A stretch of DNA of 63,942 nucleotides, counting the filler, from Octopus bimaculoides (Eukaryota): assembly GCF_001194135.2 (NCBI RefSeq). It is 7 parts of 6 records of this genome, joined end to end, with 100 filler letters (N's around TTAATTAATTAA, not from the genome) between each part and the next. Parts side by side here need not be neighbours in the genome. Positions count along the whole stretch, not along the records: positions 28,126 to 51,000 come from NC_068985.1; positions 51,101 to 56,627 come from NC_069002.1; positions 56,728 to 60,491 come from NC_068985.1; positions 60,592 to 62,787 come from NC_068986.1; positions 62,888 to 63,942 come from NC_068994.1; 2 more parts are not named here. One strand, 5' to 3'. The notes beneath the pieces are model-generated. The model did not search any database. It was not told where the DNA came from and was given only the letters and a program-made list of their open reading frames with translations. Positions 50,986 through 63,942 of the stretch are shown here, piece after piece. Position numbers and translations under genes: made by a program. The first letter of the stretch is position 1; each line of letters opens with the position of its first letter.

Positions 50986-51764
50986 TATATATATATATAT
51001 NNNNNNNNNNNNNNNNNNNNNNNNNNNNNNNNNNNNNNNNNNNNTTAATTAATTAANNNNNNNNNNNNNNNNNNNNNNNNNNNNNNNNNNNNNNNNNNNN
51101 TATATATATATATATATCTGTGGTAATTCTGTTACTTGGGCTGTTCGGGCTTAGCCCGAGTATAAATTTAGTAAAATGAACGTGTTTTTACAGGCTGATT
51201 TAATTTCTGCCAACCACTGACTTCAAGTATGTAATTTCAGCCAATAACCCTGGCTCCTTTTATTGAACCTAGTCGCAGTTCATTTATTGTTGTTCAGTGT
51301 CCAGTGGTGTCTTAGAAGTGCCCTATGTCAAAAAATATCATTCGTAGCAGATGTTCTCTCGACATCGTTCATACGTGCCTGACTCAGTCTCAGAAGTTAC
51401 AGCCCAAGTTGTTATCTATAGTCGTAAAAATTAAAAGTAATTCAAATTCAATGTTTTCTTGAAACAAAAAATTTCAATAGAAATTCGGATTTAAATTCCA
51501 ATCTATGAAAATTTTCCATTCTACAATATTCTTAAACGAACAAAAATTTATCCAGCAACTCAAATGTAAAGCTTACTGATTCACATTGTTTTGAATTAAT
51601 CATGCATTATCTCATAAATTCAAGATTTCGATGATGCAATTGTTTATTTTTAGGATGACATTGTTAGGTAGGTGTGAGAGGCCAGATCTGATCTGTCTGA
51701 ACATGAAACAAGTAGAATATTTAATATATGTATATATTACTGACATTCATATCATTAACATTGA

Positions 51765-51983
51765 CCCTTTAGCATGTAGATTACTCCGTCAAATGTAAAT
51801 CCTATTTATTCACATTGTTTTGAATTAATCATGCATTATCTCATAAATTCAAGATTTCGATGATGCAATTGTTTATTTTTAGGATGACATTGTTAGGTAG
51901 GTGTGAGAGGCTGGATATGGCCAATTTGAACATACATGGGTAGAATATTTTGGCCAAGTATGGTTGGTTTAAATGTTAATAGG
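51765..51983. mobile_element. piggyBac-like MITE, with a partial second copy at about 51563-51722
   Basis: TTGA-CCCTTTAGCAT..AATGTTAATAGG-TTAA; same family as 25112-25593. Confidence 0.75.
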
Positions 51984-52069
51984 TTAAAAAAACAATTAAG
52001 AGAAAATAGGAGCTAAGTTAATTTGATCTTGACTTTAATTTAAAGTTGATTTTGTTTTCATATACTCTT

Positions 52070-52308
52070 TTACTCTTTTACTTGTTTACTTGTTTCAGTC
52101 ATTTGACTGTGGCCATGCTGGAGCACCACCTTTAGTTGAGCAAATCGACCCCAGGACTTATTCTTTGGAAGCCTAGTACTTATTCTATTGGTCTCTTTGG
52201 CCGAACCGCTAAGTTACAGGGACGTAAACACACCAGCATCGGTTGTCAAGCGATATTGGGGGGGACAAACACAGACACACAAACACATATATATATATAT
52301 ACATATAC

Positions 52309-52349
<41 letters not shown>

Positions 52350-52512
52350 CGACGGGCTTCTTTCAGTTTCCGTCTACCAAATCCACGTACAAGGCTTTGG
52401 TTGGCCTGAGACTATAGAAGAAGACACTTGCCCAAGGTGCCATGCAGTGGGACTGAACCCAGAACCATGTGGTTGGTAAGCAAGCTACTTACCACACAGC
52501 CACTCCTGCACC
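52070..52512 (-). mobile_element. SINE family B, full length, with internal (TA)n/(TG)n
   Basis: tRNA-like head, internal microsatellite, and 3' half ending in (AAAAGAGT)-like repeats. Confidence 0.9.
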
Positions 52513-53442
52513 TATATATATTAGAACTACTTCTTTGATATCTCCTGGTAATTTTGGCAGATTATTTTCTAGTTTCCCTTATAAATAAATTATGATCTAT
52601 GAAATTTCTTGGAGAGGAATATGCTTGATTAAAATAACTTTGGTATATTAGTGGAACACACCTTACAAAAGTCCCAAAAGTATAAAAAAAAACAAAAAAA
52701 AAACAACCCAAACAAACCATGAACATAGAGCAATAAAGCCAAAATAACATGAAGCATTTGGTCCAAAGTCCAATTACTCTGTTATTTTGGAAATTCCACT
52801 ACCCATTCCCAAGAAATATTCACTCCTGGAATACAAACAAGGCTACAGATTAGGGGAAGAATTAGTTGATTAAATCAACTCTATTAACCACAAAAGAATC
52901 AAATGATACCAGAATGTGTTGGTTTCAATTCAGAACAGGATAGGGTGACATGTTGTATGATGTTAATTTGTCATTATCCCAAACATAATGAAGGAAGGGC
53001 ATTTTTTTTTTGTTTGCTGGTTTCAGGGAAGGTGGGGGTTGTAATAATTTTTCTAACGCTGACACGAATCTACAAGTTTTTATTTATTTTTTTCTTATAT
53101 CAGGTTTAGTTTGGTGGAAGCTGTTACACCCATACTCTTTACAGGCCCCTGAAAGTAAATTTAGAGAGGGATGGGGTATATAAAGTGTAGTGGTTATGGG
53201 TAAGATGATACAACTCTAGAATATATTTGTTATCCTGCAAACCCATCCTACTCACCACAACCACACTGGATAATGTCACAAAGAACTGTTCGTTTAGTTC
53301 TTGTGATTCTGTCAATTCTTCAGTACTATGACCCAAGAACTCACCGAATAACAACAACAACAATAAATACAATCTTAACAACAATCTGAGTAGTTGCTGT
53401 TTCTGTATCAAGTCTCTCTATGTTGAATTTGTAATTTTTTTC

Positions 53443-54403
53443 AAAAAGCGGAAGTTTCATCGAGTAATTCAGTTTGCTAGAAATAACAGCGAAATCACCC
53501 TCAAATCACACACTACCATTAATGAAAAATAGAAAAAGGAAAAACTCATTGGAGAATATAGTCCAAAAAGCAGAAGTTTCATTGGGTAATTCAGTTTGCT
53601 AGAAATAACAGCAAAATCACCCTCAAATCACACACCACCATTAATGAAAAATAGAAAAAGGAAAAACTCATTGGAGAATATAGTCCAAAAAGCGGAAGTT
53701 TCATTGGGTAATTCAGTTTGCTAGAAATAACAGCAAAATCACCCTCAAATCACACACTNNNNNNNNNNNNNNNNNNNNNNNNNNNNNNNNNNNNNNNNNN
53801 NNNNNNNNNNNNNNNNNNNNNNNNNNNNNNNNNNNNNNNNNNNNNNNNNNNNNNNNNNNNNNNNNNNNNNNNNNNNNNNNNNNNNNNNNNNNNNNNNNNN
53901 NNNNNNNNNNNNNNNNNNNNNNNNNNNNNNNNNNNNNNNNNNNNNNNNNNNNNNNNNNNNNNNNNNNNNNNNNNNNNNNNNNNNNNNNNNNNNNNNNNNN
54001 NNNNNNNNNNNNNNNNNNNNNNNNNNNNNNNNNNNNNNNNNNNNNNNNNNNNNNNNNNNNNNNNNNNNNNNNNNNNNNNNNNNNNNNNNNNNNNNNNNNN
54101 NNNNNNNNNTACCATTAATGAAAAATAGAAAAAGGAAAAACTCATTGGAGAATATAGTCCAAAAAGCAGAAGTTTCATTGGGTAATTCAGTTTGCTAGAA
54201 ATAACAGCAAAATCACCCTCAAATCACACACCACCATTAATGAAAAATAGAAAAAGGAAAAACTCATTGGAGAATATAGTCCAAAAAGCGGAAGTTTCAT
54301 TGGGTAATTCAGTTTGCTAGAAATAACAGCAAAATCACCCTCAAATCACACACTACCATTGATAAAAAATAGAAAAAGGAAAAAGTCATTGGAGAATATA
54401 GTC
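53443..54403. repeat. 122-bp tandem repeat, about 8 units, partly in a gap
   Basis: Unit starts at 53443, 53565, 53687, 54161 and 54283. Confidence 0.92.
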
Positions 54404-55027
54404 CAAGATACACTATGCCTGATCACCACCTACAAAGAGGGAAGTAATAAAACAGGATGGTCCTGATTGGAATGCCTCCTATCATAGGCTTAATTAATCA
54501 AGATAAACTTCGGACTAAAACAACAATAGCACTAAGGCACCAGTAGATAGAAAACTACAAATTTTGATATGACATTACAACTGTAATTATTTCTAAATTA
54601 CGTTGAAAGGTCATTAATTGTTTATTTTAAGAGGGGGTGCATGTTTACATAGTTAATTATATCATTGGAAGTACTTATTAAGAATAATTTAGTTTTAGAG
54701 AAACATCATCATCATCATCATCATCATCATAGTTTTAATGACCACTTTTCTATGCTTGCATGGGTTCAATAGAGTTTATTGAGACTGATTTTTTCTTTTA
54801 CGGCCAGTTGCCTTTCCTGTTGCCAACCTTCACCTGTTTCTAAGCAAGTTATTATACCCCCCCCCCCCCATAACCAGGCATGTTGCTGTAGTATACTGGA
54901 AATGAATGTTACTACTTGTATGACAATGACAATTATTTTACAACAATTATGTGATGTCAAGACAAGGAGACACAAAAATACACTTTTACACTCACACACA
55001 TACACACACGTGTGTGTGTGTGGGGGG

Positions 55028-55168
55028 GGCTTGCTTTCCAACCATATGATATTGGGTTCAGTCCCACTAAACAGCATATTCAGCAAGTGTCTTCAACTAT
55101 AGCACCATGCCAGCTAAAGCCTCATGAGTGGCTCTTGTAAATATAAACTTAAAGAAGCCCGTTGTATA
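55028..55168 (+). mobile_element. SINE family B 5' half, diverged
   Basis: CTTGCTTTCCAACCATATG..GGTTCAGTCCCACT..AAGAAGCCCGTTGTATA. Confidence 0.75.
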
Positions 55169-55184
55169 TATAACCATCATCATC

Positions 55185-56420
55185 ATCATCATCGTCTAAT
55201 GTCTGTTTTCCATACTGGCATGGGTTGGACAGTTTGACTGGGGACTGGCAAGCCAGGAGGCCACGACAGGCTCCAATCTGATCTGGCAGAGTTTCTACAG
55301 CTGGATGCCCTTCCTAGCACGAATCACTCTGAGAGTATAGTGGGTGCTTTTTGTGTGCCACCAGCACGGGAGCCAGTCAGGTGGGACTGGCATCAACCAC
55401 GTTTGGATGGTGCTTTTTACCTGTCACTAGCACAGGGAGCCAGCCAGGTGGCTCTGGCAGCGACCCACGCATGTATAGCTCTGGCAGCGACCCACGCATG
55501 CATAGCTCTGGCAGTGACCCATCAGCACTGGTATCGGCCACAACTACAATTTCCATTTGATTGTGATTTGATTTGATTTTGATTTACTTGACTCAGTAGG
55601 TCTCCTTGAGCATGGAATGTCACCTGACGATTCAAAGGTACTTTTTAAATGGGCTGGTTATGCGACACTGGTGTAGGCTACGGCTGTGATCTCACTTTCC
55701 TTGTCGGGGTCTTCTCAATCATAGCATATCTCCAGAGGTCTCGGTCTTTCATCATTGCCTCTATGAGGCCCAATGTTCAAAGGTCAAGCTTCACCACCTC
55801 ATCCCATGTCTTCCTAGGTTTCCAACTTCCACGGGTTCCTTCCACTGTTAGAGAGTGACACTTCTTCACACAGCTATCCTCTTCCATTCTCGCCACGACC
55901 ATACCAGCGCAGTCGTCTCTCTTGCACACCACATCTGATGTTTCTTATGTCCAACATTTCTTTCAGGGCACTTAAACTCTGTCGTGTGTGCACACTGACA
56001 TTACACATCCAGTGGATCATACTAGCTTCATTTCTTTCGAGCCAACACATGTCTTCAGCAGTCATGGCCCATGTTTCACTGCCATGTAGCATGGCTGTTC
56101 ACACACATGCATCATACAATCTACCTTTCACTCTGAGTGAGAAGCCCTTTGTCACCAGTAGAGGTTGGGGCTTTCTGAATTTTGTCTAGGCTATTCTTAT
56201 TCTAGTGGCAATGCTCTATTCTAGAGCATTGCCACTACAAACTTGGTCACCCCCACTACAAACTTGGTCACCTAGGTAGCAGAAGCTATCAACTACTTCT
56301 AGCTTCTTCCACTGGCATGTGATGGAATCAGTTTTCTGAGCATCTGCGGTGTTTATTGCCCCTGTGCATCTACCACACACAAAAGCTATCTTCCTGGTTA
56401 ATCTTCCTTTGATGTTGCTG
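55185..56420 (-). pseudogene. 5'-truncated RTE-clade LINE (ORF2 C-terminus, 3' UTR, (GAT)n tail)
   Basis: LEVVDSFCYLGD..FSLRVKGRLYDACV.TAMLHGSETW..QERRLRWYG..KPRKTWDEVV. Confidence 0.88.
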
Positions 56421-56567
56421 CACCTCTTATGTGTCCATAGCTTACACTATGGAGTTTCTACCTACACATTTTCTACAGATCGAGCAGGACCATCTATCTG
56501 AAGGGGTTTGTGATGTGTTCGCCTTCTCTTAAATGACTCACGCACAGTATATGTGTGTGTTTGCATG

Positions 56568-56624
<57 letters not shown>

Positions 56625-56727
56625 ATANNNNNNNNNNNNNNNNNNNNNNNNNNNNNNNNNNNNNNNNNNNNTTAATTAATTAANNNNNNNNNNNNNNNNN
56701 NNNNNNNNNNNNNNNNNNNNNNNNNNN

Positions 56728-56920
56728 CAGAGTTCTCCGCTTTGAAACCAAAAGGGTTTTACATTGATGGGATTAAAAAGCTTGTAAGTAGATGGAAGGA
56801 AGTCATAGACAATCAGGGAAAGTACATTGATGATTAAATTTCAATTAAATATAACATTTGATATAATATAACTTGTTTTCTTTATTCAAAATTCGGACAG
56901 GACTTATGGGATAACCTGAT
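56728..56920 (+). pseudogene. Mariner transposase C-terminus with probable right TIR
   Basis: KPKGFYIDGIKKLVSRWKEVIDNQGKYIDD* followed by CGGACAGGACTTATGGGATAACCTGATA; the 5' part runs into a gap. Confidence 0.75.
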
Positions 56921-56977
56921 ACATATGCATATATAGGATCGTTTGTAGATTTTGCTGCCTGACCCGGCGTGCTAGCG

Positions 56978-57398
56978 ATTCTTTTCTACTTTAGACACAA
57001 GGCCCGAAATTTTTTGAGGAGCGCTCCAGTCGATTAGATTGACCCCAGAATGGATGAGAGGCAAAGTTGACCTCGGCGGAATTTGAACTCAGAATGTAAA
57101 GACAGACGGAATACCACTAAACATTTCGCCCGGCGTGCTAACGATTCTACCAGCTCGCCGTCTTATAAAGCTATAAGTCATCCTTTCTTCTGGAAGTACA
57201 AGGCCTCAAATTTAGAGAAGGGATTAAGTCGATTACATCGACCCGAGTGCGTAACTGGTACTTATTCAATCGACCTGAAAAAAATGATGAAAGGCAAAGT
57301 TGACCCCCGGCGGAAATGAACTCAAAACAAATGCGGTAGACGAAGTACCGTTGAACAATTCACCAGGCGTGCTAACCGTTCTGCCAGCTCGCCGCCTT
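56978..57398 (-). mobile_element. Two adjacent SINE family A copies (56978-57164, 57194-57398)
   Basis: Family A cores and heads, with different tail variants. Confidence 0.85.
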
Positions 57399-59297
57399 GT
57401 GAAGCGATAAATAATAGAATGTAAATACTGAGTCGAAAAACACACTAGATAGATAGAAAGATAAATATACCGATATATGTGTGTATGTACGTAGTTACGC
57501 TTTTGCATTTTTGTTCATGAATGTAGCTTATTTAAACGTACGCATGTACGGCTGCTGCCCACCCCAGACGCACACTCATAAATGATTATAAATATTTATT
57601 TATATGCACACGCACACACACACACGCACACGTACACTCACGCGCGCGCACTTAAACATGTACCTATAAATGCGTGTGTTTATTGATGTGTGTATACATG
57701 CATATATATATATATATATATATATATGGAGTTTTATCATGGCTACCGAATAATTGTCACATTATTATTTACAGATAAATTCCTCTATTTACATAATATC
57801 GAGGTCTCTTTCNNNNNNNNNNNNNNNNNNNNNNNNNNNNNNNNNNNNNNNNNNNNNNNNNNNNNNNNNNNNNNNNNNNNNNNNNNNNNNNNNNNNNNNN
57901 NNNNNNNNNNNNGTATGTATGTATGTATGTTTGTTTGTCTATCTATCTAAATGCGTGTGAAGAAAAATATATGTGTATGCGTATGTCCATAAATAGGATC
58001 TAAATATATATACATATATATAGAGACACTTTCAAATTTATCAGAATATTTGGACTGAGGATTGGAATAGTGAAATTTTCATTCGCTTAACCATGAAACG
58101 ATTCGTATCCAATTAACTAAAGACTTGTTTTGTTTACGCTTTTCCCTCCGGTTTTTTGTTCTATGTGTGCCATAAATATCGCCATCCGTTTAGAGAAAAA
58201 TTTGTAGTTTAGAATCAGTAGTTCTTTGACTGCTATTTTTAAATTTCGGGCCTTGTGCCTAGAGTAGAAAAGAATATATATATTAGCCGATGAATTCGTA
58301 AGTGCCTTTCTTATCGTTGATTTTTGGTGTCGCATGGCCAAAAATTACCGTGAATTTTTTTAGAGACACTTTCAAATTTATCAGAATATTTGGGCTGAAG
58401 ATTGGAATAGTGAAATTTTCATTCGCTTNNNNNNNNNNNNNNNNNNNNNNNNNNNNNNNNNNNNNNNNNNNNNNNNNNNNNNNNNNNNNNNNNNNNNNNN
58501 NNNNNNNNNNNNNNNNNNNNNNNNNNNNNNNNNNNNNNNNNNNNNNNNNNNNNNNNNNNNNNNNNNNNNNNNNNNNNNNNNNNNNNNNNNNNNNNNNNNN
58601 NNNNNNNNNNNNNNNNNNNNNNNNNNNNNNNNNNNNNNNNNNNNNNNNNNNNNNNNNNNNNNNNNNNNNNNNNNNNNNNNNNNNNNNNNNNNNNNNNNNN
58701 NNNNNNNNNNNNNNNNNNNNNNNNNNNNNNNNNNNNNNNNNNNNNNNNNNNNNNNNNNNNNNNNNNNNNNNNNNNNNNNNNNNNNNNNNNNNNNNNNNNN
58801 NNNNNNNNNNNNNNNNNNNNNNNNNNNNNNNNNNNNNNNNNNNNNNNNNNNNNNNNNNNNNNNNNNNNNNNNNNNNNNNNNNNNNNNNNNNNNNNNNNNN
58901 NNNNNNNNNNNNNNNNNNNNNNNNNNNNNNNNNNNNNNNNNNNNNNNNNNNNNNNNNNNNNNNNNNNNNNNNNNNNNNNNNNNNNNNNNNNNNNNNNNNN
59001 NNNNNNNNNNNNNNNNNNNNNNNNNNNNNNNNNNNNNNNNNNNNNNNNNNNNNNNNNNNNNNNNNNNNNNNNNNNNNNNNNNNNNNNNNNNNNNNNNNNN
59101 NNNNNNNNNNNNNNNNNNNNNNNNNNNNNNNNNNNNNNNNNNNNNNNNNNNNNNNNNNNNNNNNNNNNNNNNNNNNNNNNNNNNNNNNNNNNNNNNNNNN
59201 NNNNNNNNNNNNNNNNNNNNNNNNNNNNNNNNNNNNNNNNNNNNNNNNNNNNNNNNNNNNNNNNNNNNNNNNNNNNNNNNNNNNNNNNNNNNNNNNN

Positions 59298-59338
<41 letters not shown>

Positions 59339-59797
59339 TACATATACGTGGGTTGTAACAGGGAAGGGGACAGCCTGTCATCCATCAGATGTGTGGAGAA
59401 TCAAGGTGGGAGCCGTGAGTATCAGAATGGGCCCATCCTTAAATTTCGCAGCAGCCCTGAATTTTGAGAGGAAGGCCCCGAGGTGCAGTGGGACGAGGCT
59501 ATCTCACTCGGTGTGTACGTCCATGTGTGTGTCTACGTGCGTGTGTGTATGAGTATGTGTATGGATATAGCACACGATCACACATACATGCATACATATA
59601 TATGCATATACGCATATATATAAACATCGTACAAGAGTGCTTTCGGCCGACCACACCTGGGGCGTTCCTCTCTAAATTCAACCTGGCTGCTTGGTTAGGT
59701 GGATGAACCTTTTCTGACTACTCATCGTCACCACGCCTTTGATTGGCATCTGACAGCACCTCGTTGCCCAGTCATAGGCCCTTTACATCTGTGTGTC

Positions 59798-59831
<34 letters not shown>

Positions 59832-59863
59832 ATTTATGCATGAGTGTATATAAATGTTACATG

Positions 59864-60250
59864 TACTCTTTTACTCTTTTAAGTGTTTCAGTCATTTGAC
59901 TGCGGCCATACTGGAGCACCGCCTTTAGTCGAACAAATCGACCCCAGGAGTTATTCTTTTTGTAAACCTAGTACTTATTCTATCCGTTTCTTTTGCCGAA
60001 CCGCTAAGTTATGGGGACATAAACACACCGGCATCGGTTGTCAAGCGACGAGGGGACAAAAGCACACACAAACATATGCATATATATATGCAACGGGCTT
60101 CTTTCAGTTTCCGACTACCAAATCCACTCACAAGGCTTTGGTCGGCCCGAGGCTATAGTAGAAGACACTTGGCCAAAGTGCCACGCAATGGGACTGAACC
60201 TGGAACCATGTGGTTCGTAAGCAAGCTACTTACCACACAGCCACTCCTGC
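59864..60250 (-). mobile_element. SINE family B, full length
   Basis: Collinear with 52070-52512. Confidence 0.9.
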
Positions 60251-60261
60251 GTATAACATTG

Positions 60262-60472
60262 GTTTGAAATTTTGGTATAAGGCCAGTAAGTTCGGGGGAG
60301 TAGGGTAAGTCAGATACAACGACCCCAGTGTTTAACTGCTACGTATTTTATCAACCCTTAAAGGGATGAAAAGCAAAGTCGACCTCGGAGGAACACGAAC
60401 TCAGAACTTAAAGACGGATGAAGTACCTTTAAACATTTTGTCCGGCGCTTTAACGATTCTGCCTGTTCGCCT
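60262..60472 (-). mobile_element. SINE family A
   Basis: GGTTTGAAATTTTGG tail and AAAGTCGACCTCGG core. Confidence 0.8.
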
Positions 60473-60594
60473 TATATATATATATATATATNNNNNNNNN
60501 NNNNNNNNNNNNNNNNNNNNNNNNNNNNNNNNNNNTTAATTAATTAANNNNNNNNNNNNNNNNNNNNNNNNNNNNNNNNNNNNNNNNNNNNTAT

Positions 60595-60630
<36 letters not shown>

Positions 60631-61023
60631 CTAGATATCATTTACACAAAGACACACACACACATACACATACATATGTGTGCGTACGTACATACACACT
60701 CACACAAATGTATGTATGAATATATGTGTATTTGTATGTATGCTTGTTAACATATATGTGTCATGACTTTCAGAGTGGTGTGTGTGTGTGTGTTTGTAGT
60801 GAAATGCACATATCGACGTTCTTATTCACACATACTGCGGGATTTGCTTATTGTCATCCCTAATAAATAAATTATCTTGAATTACTGGCTTATGTTATGA
60901 ACGAATATCTTCTGCCTTCTTACGAACCAATAGATATGGTAAGAATAAAACATCTCATACAAATATCTATGTTAATTATATATAGTTTCCTTAAGGCATA
61001 AAACGTATTTCTAAAGGATTGTA

Positions 61024-61412
61024 TTGTTGTTGTTGGCACTCCGTCGCTTACGACGTCGAGGGTTTCAGTTGATCCGATCAACGAAACAGCCTGCTCGTGA
61101 AATTAACGTGCAAGTGGCTGAGCACTCCACAGACACGTGTACCCTTAACGTAGTTCTCGGGTATATTCAGCGTGACACAGAGTGTGACAAGGCTGACCCT
61201 TTGAATTACAGGCACAACAGAAACATGAAGTAAGAGTGAGAGAAAGTTGCGGTGAAAGAGCACAGCAGGGTTCGCTACCATACCCTGCCGGAGTCTCGTG
61301 GAGCTTTAGGTGTTTTCGCTCAATAAACACTCACAACGCCCGATCTGGGAATCGAAACCGCGATCCTATGACTGCGAGTCCGCTGCCCTAACCACTGGGT
61401 CATTGGGCCTCC
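61024..61412 (-). mobile_element. CORE-like SINE family D, full length, (AAC)n tail
   Basis: Collinear with 12611-12939, plus the 3' end seen at 3014-3152. Confidence 0.9.
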
Positions 61413-62748
61413 GCGATTTTATATACAAACGTGAAAAATAAACGCACACTAATACATACAGGCGAGAGACTTTATCAAATTTATTAATTGTTGAATCGTT
61501 TTTGAAATGGGAAATATTCCAAAGTTCTGATTGTTCAACGTGTTGATATACGGTAGCACTGGGTAATATATTCGCGAATAGTTGCGGAATCATAACGGTA
61601 TATAAGTGATGAGAGGAGAAACATGGGACATATGATATATATATGACACACAGTAATTTCATACCTTTTATTTATTTATTTATTTTTATTTTTTTTTATT
61701 TTTTTATTTTTGAATTATTGGACAGCTGCCATGCTTGGGCACTGGTTTGAAGATTTTGGTCGAACAAATCGACCTTAGTGCTAATTTTCTTAAGTCTGGT
61801 AGTGATCCTGAGCCGGTGGGTTGTGGGAATATAAACCAAGCCACACTGGTTGCCAAGCAGTTGTGGGCGACAAACAGGATGTCACACACAAACAGATATA
61901 AGGTGTAGCTGTTTCATTATATGTACGCGTCTTCGCGATCAAAATGAAAGTGATTGAACTATAGAATTTAGTCATTTTGTGTTGCTTCTAAGACTTCAGT
62001 CAAAATGAAAGTGATTACACTATAGATATCAGTCTTTTTGTGTCGATGAAAGAATTGACTTGTTTCTAGTCTTCGCTGAAAATCATCAGGGAACGAATAC
62101 ATATTTTTTTCTGTCAGAAATTTACGTAATATTTCGCTGCCACAATGGATGATTGTCTTTTCTCATGAAGGACCAAAGAGATTAGAAATTAGTCACATGG
62201 ATCCCGCGGAACAGAAAGAAAAATGTACACTATAACGACTGTATTTACGCAGCACGATGACGTTAAAATGTATGTTTATTTAAAAAGGTGTAATTTACAT
62301 TTCAAATTCAACATATGTTTATACACACGAACACAGGCGCGCACATGCATACAGACACACATACACGCACACAAACACACACGCATATATACATATATAC
62401 ATATATATATATAGATAGATATGCATATGTGTCCTATGTATATCTGTAAATCTACATCTATGTCTGTGTTTATGCCTATATGTATACAAGCAAAAATATA
62501 TTGCTTTGTTGGTGGGTTTTAAGCCATGTAAGAGGATAGCATGGTGAGTCAGGAAAATATGAAGTCACAAATAAGTTAGAAATGCAATATTTGATATATT
62601 CTCTTTTATTTTCTCACCAGAAAAAAATGGCCTATTCAACTGCTGTGTCAAGTTTGCCATATTTACATTAATTCTTCCCAAAAGGAAATATGAACGCTGC
62701 TGTTTATAAACAGTTTATATCATGATAATTTTTATATTCTAAAACTCA

Positions 62749-62787
<39 letters not shown>

Positions 62788-62888
62788 NNNNNNNNNNNNN
62801 NNNNNNNNNNNNNNNNNNNNNNNNNNNNNNNTTAATTAATTAANNNNNNNNNNNNNNNNNNNNNNNNNNNNNNNNNNNNNNNNNNNNC

Positions 62889-62922
<34 letters not shown>

Positions 62923-63144
62923 ATGTATATAATTCATTTAAATCTATATAGGCATATGTATGCACACATGCACGCACACGCACCCACACACTTACACATA
63001 CACACACGTACACATATGTACGCAAAATATAGCCAGTCTCCTTGGATTCTCTTTTATCTGGCACTCATACATACATAAAAAAACATTCATACATACACAC
63101 ATACATACAAACATTCATACATACACACATACATACATACATTT

Positions 63145-63192
<48 letters not shown>

Positions 63193-63942
63193 GCACGCAC
63201 ACATACAAAACATCGCTATTTTATTTATTTTTAAATATATAGTTATATTTCTATATCTCATGGCTTTCTGTAATAAAATATATATATTTTTTGCAGCATG
63301 ATAATTAAAAGCTGTCTACAATGTTGTTATATATTTTTTTGTCAAACGCGGCTGAAAAATTTGCATAAATAGTTATAAGTTATGAAGATATATCTTGAAT
63401 TCGCCTTAGTCATTATAATTTCCCATTTTAGTTTGCAAAATTCTGATAGATTTCTAAATCTCTTTAAAATGACAGTTCACGAGAAAGGAAAAAAAAAAAA
63501 AAATGTCTCAAATAATTTTATTTTCTTTATCGTGAATTATTCTCTTCTTATACAAATGCGTTCAAATTTTCTGTGATATAGCGATATTTTTTTCAATCAA
63601 TTTTAAGTAAAATATAAATGTCTATACTCCGGTCTGTTCCACTCTTCTGTGAGGTATGTATGTATGTCTATACGTATGTGTATATGTATGTGTGTGTACG
63701 TGAGTGTGTATGTGAGTGTGTACGTGAGTATGTATGTGTATGTGTATGTATGTATGTGTGTATGCATGTATGTATGTATGTATGTATGTATGTGTGTGTG
63801 TACGTGCGTGTATGTATGTATGTATGTATGTATGTGTGTGTGTGTACGTGCGTGTATGTATGTATGTGTATATGTATATGTGCATGTGTGTACGTGCGTG
63901 CGTGTATGTATGTGTGTGTGTGTATTTATGTGCGTGTGTATG

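Noticed and set aside
52780-52830. GVNISWEW after a strong minus-strand acceptor as a GH18 DxDxE-like motif
   Set aside because: A stop follows within a few codons and the match is too weak.
53345-53402. Signal-peptide-like exon (LLRLLLRLYLLLLLLF G|GTGAGT) as the chitinase first exon
   Set aside because: It has no in-frame ATG, a poor acceptor, hydrophobicity derived from (TTG)n, and no catalytic exons between it and 46465.
53443-54403. CRISPR-like array
   Set aside because: Whole units repeat with no unique spacers, there are no cas genes, and the context is eukaryotic.
58024-58428. 67-bp direct repeat (58022-58088 and 58362-58428)
   Set aside because: The second copy abuts a large gap, so it cannot be distinguished from an assembly overlap or a hidden tandem array.

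Overview
This is a eukaryotic, AT-rich draft scaffold dense in microsatellites and transposon relics. It has many N-gaps, six of them 44N-TTAATTAATTAA-44N placeholders. The repeat content resembles a coleoid cephalopod such as Octopus; that assignment is my inference and was not checked. Most ORFs in the supplied track are microsatellite or gap artefacts, and I found no complete host gene. The one convincing host exon is the C-terminal part of a GH18 chitinase domain (minus strand, 46313/46317-46465). The rest is recognisable mobile DNA: four or more tRNA-derived SINE families; decayed LINEs (Tx1/L1, CR1-like, RTE, RLE/R4-like); a Penelope-like element with GIY-YIG; a 1.6 kb IR/DR Tc1 element; mariner relics and MITEs; piggyBac-like MITEs; and Helitron fragments. 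Four observations stand out. (1) A tRNA-headed SINE carries a minimal type I hammerhead ribozyme motif, and other hammerhead-like motifs occur nearby. (2) A SINE subfamily has a 3' tail matching the 3' end of the Tx1 LINE in this window, with hints of insertion preference into SINE heads. (3) An unclassified repeat family couples a palindrome to a decayed exon-like segment. (4) Several template-switch-type inversions and hairpins are present. All alignments and translations were done by eye, so boundaries are approximate unless a TSD or TIR is quoted.
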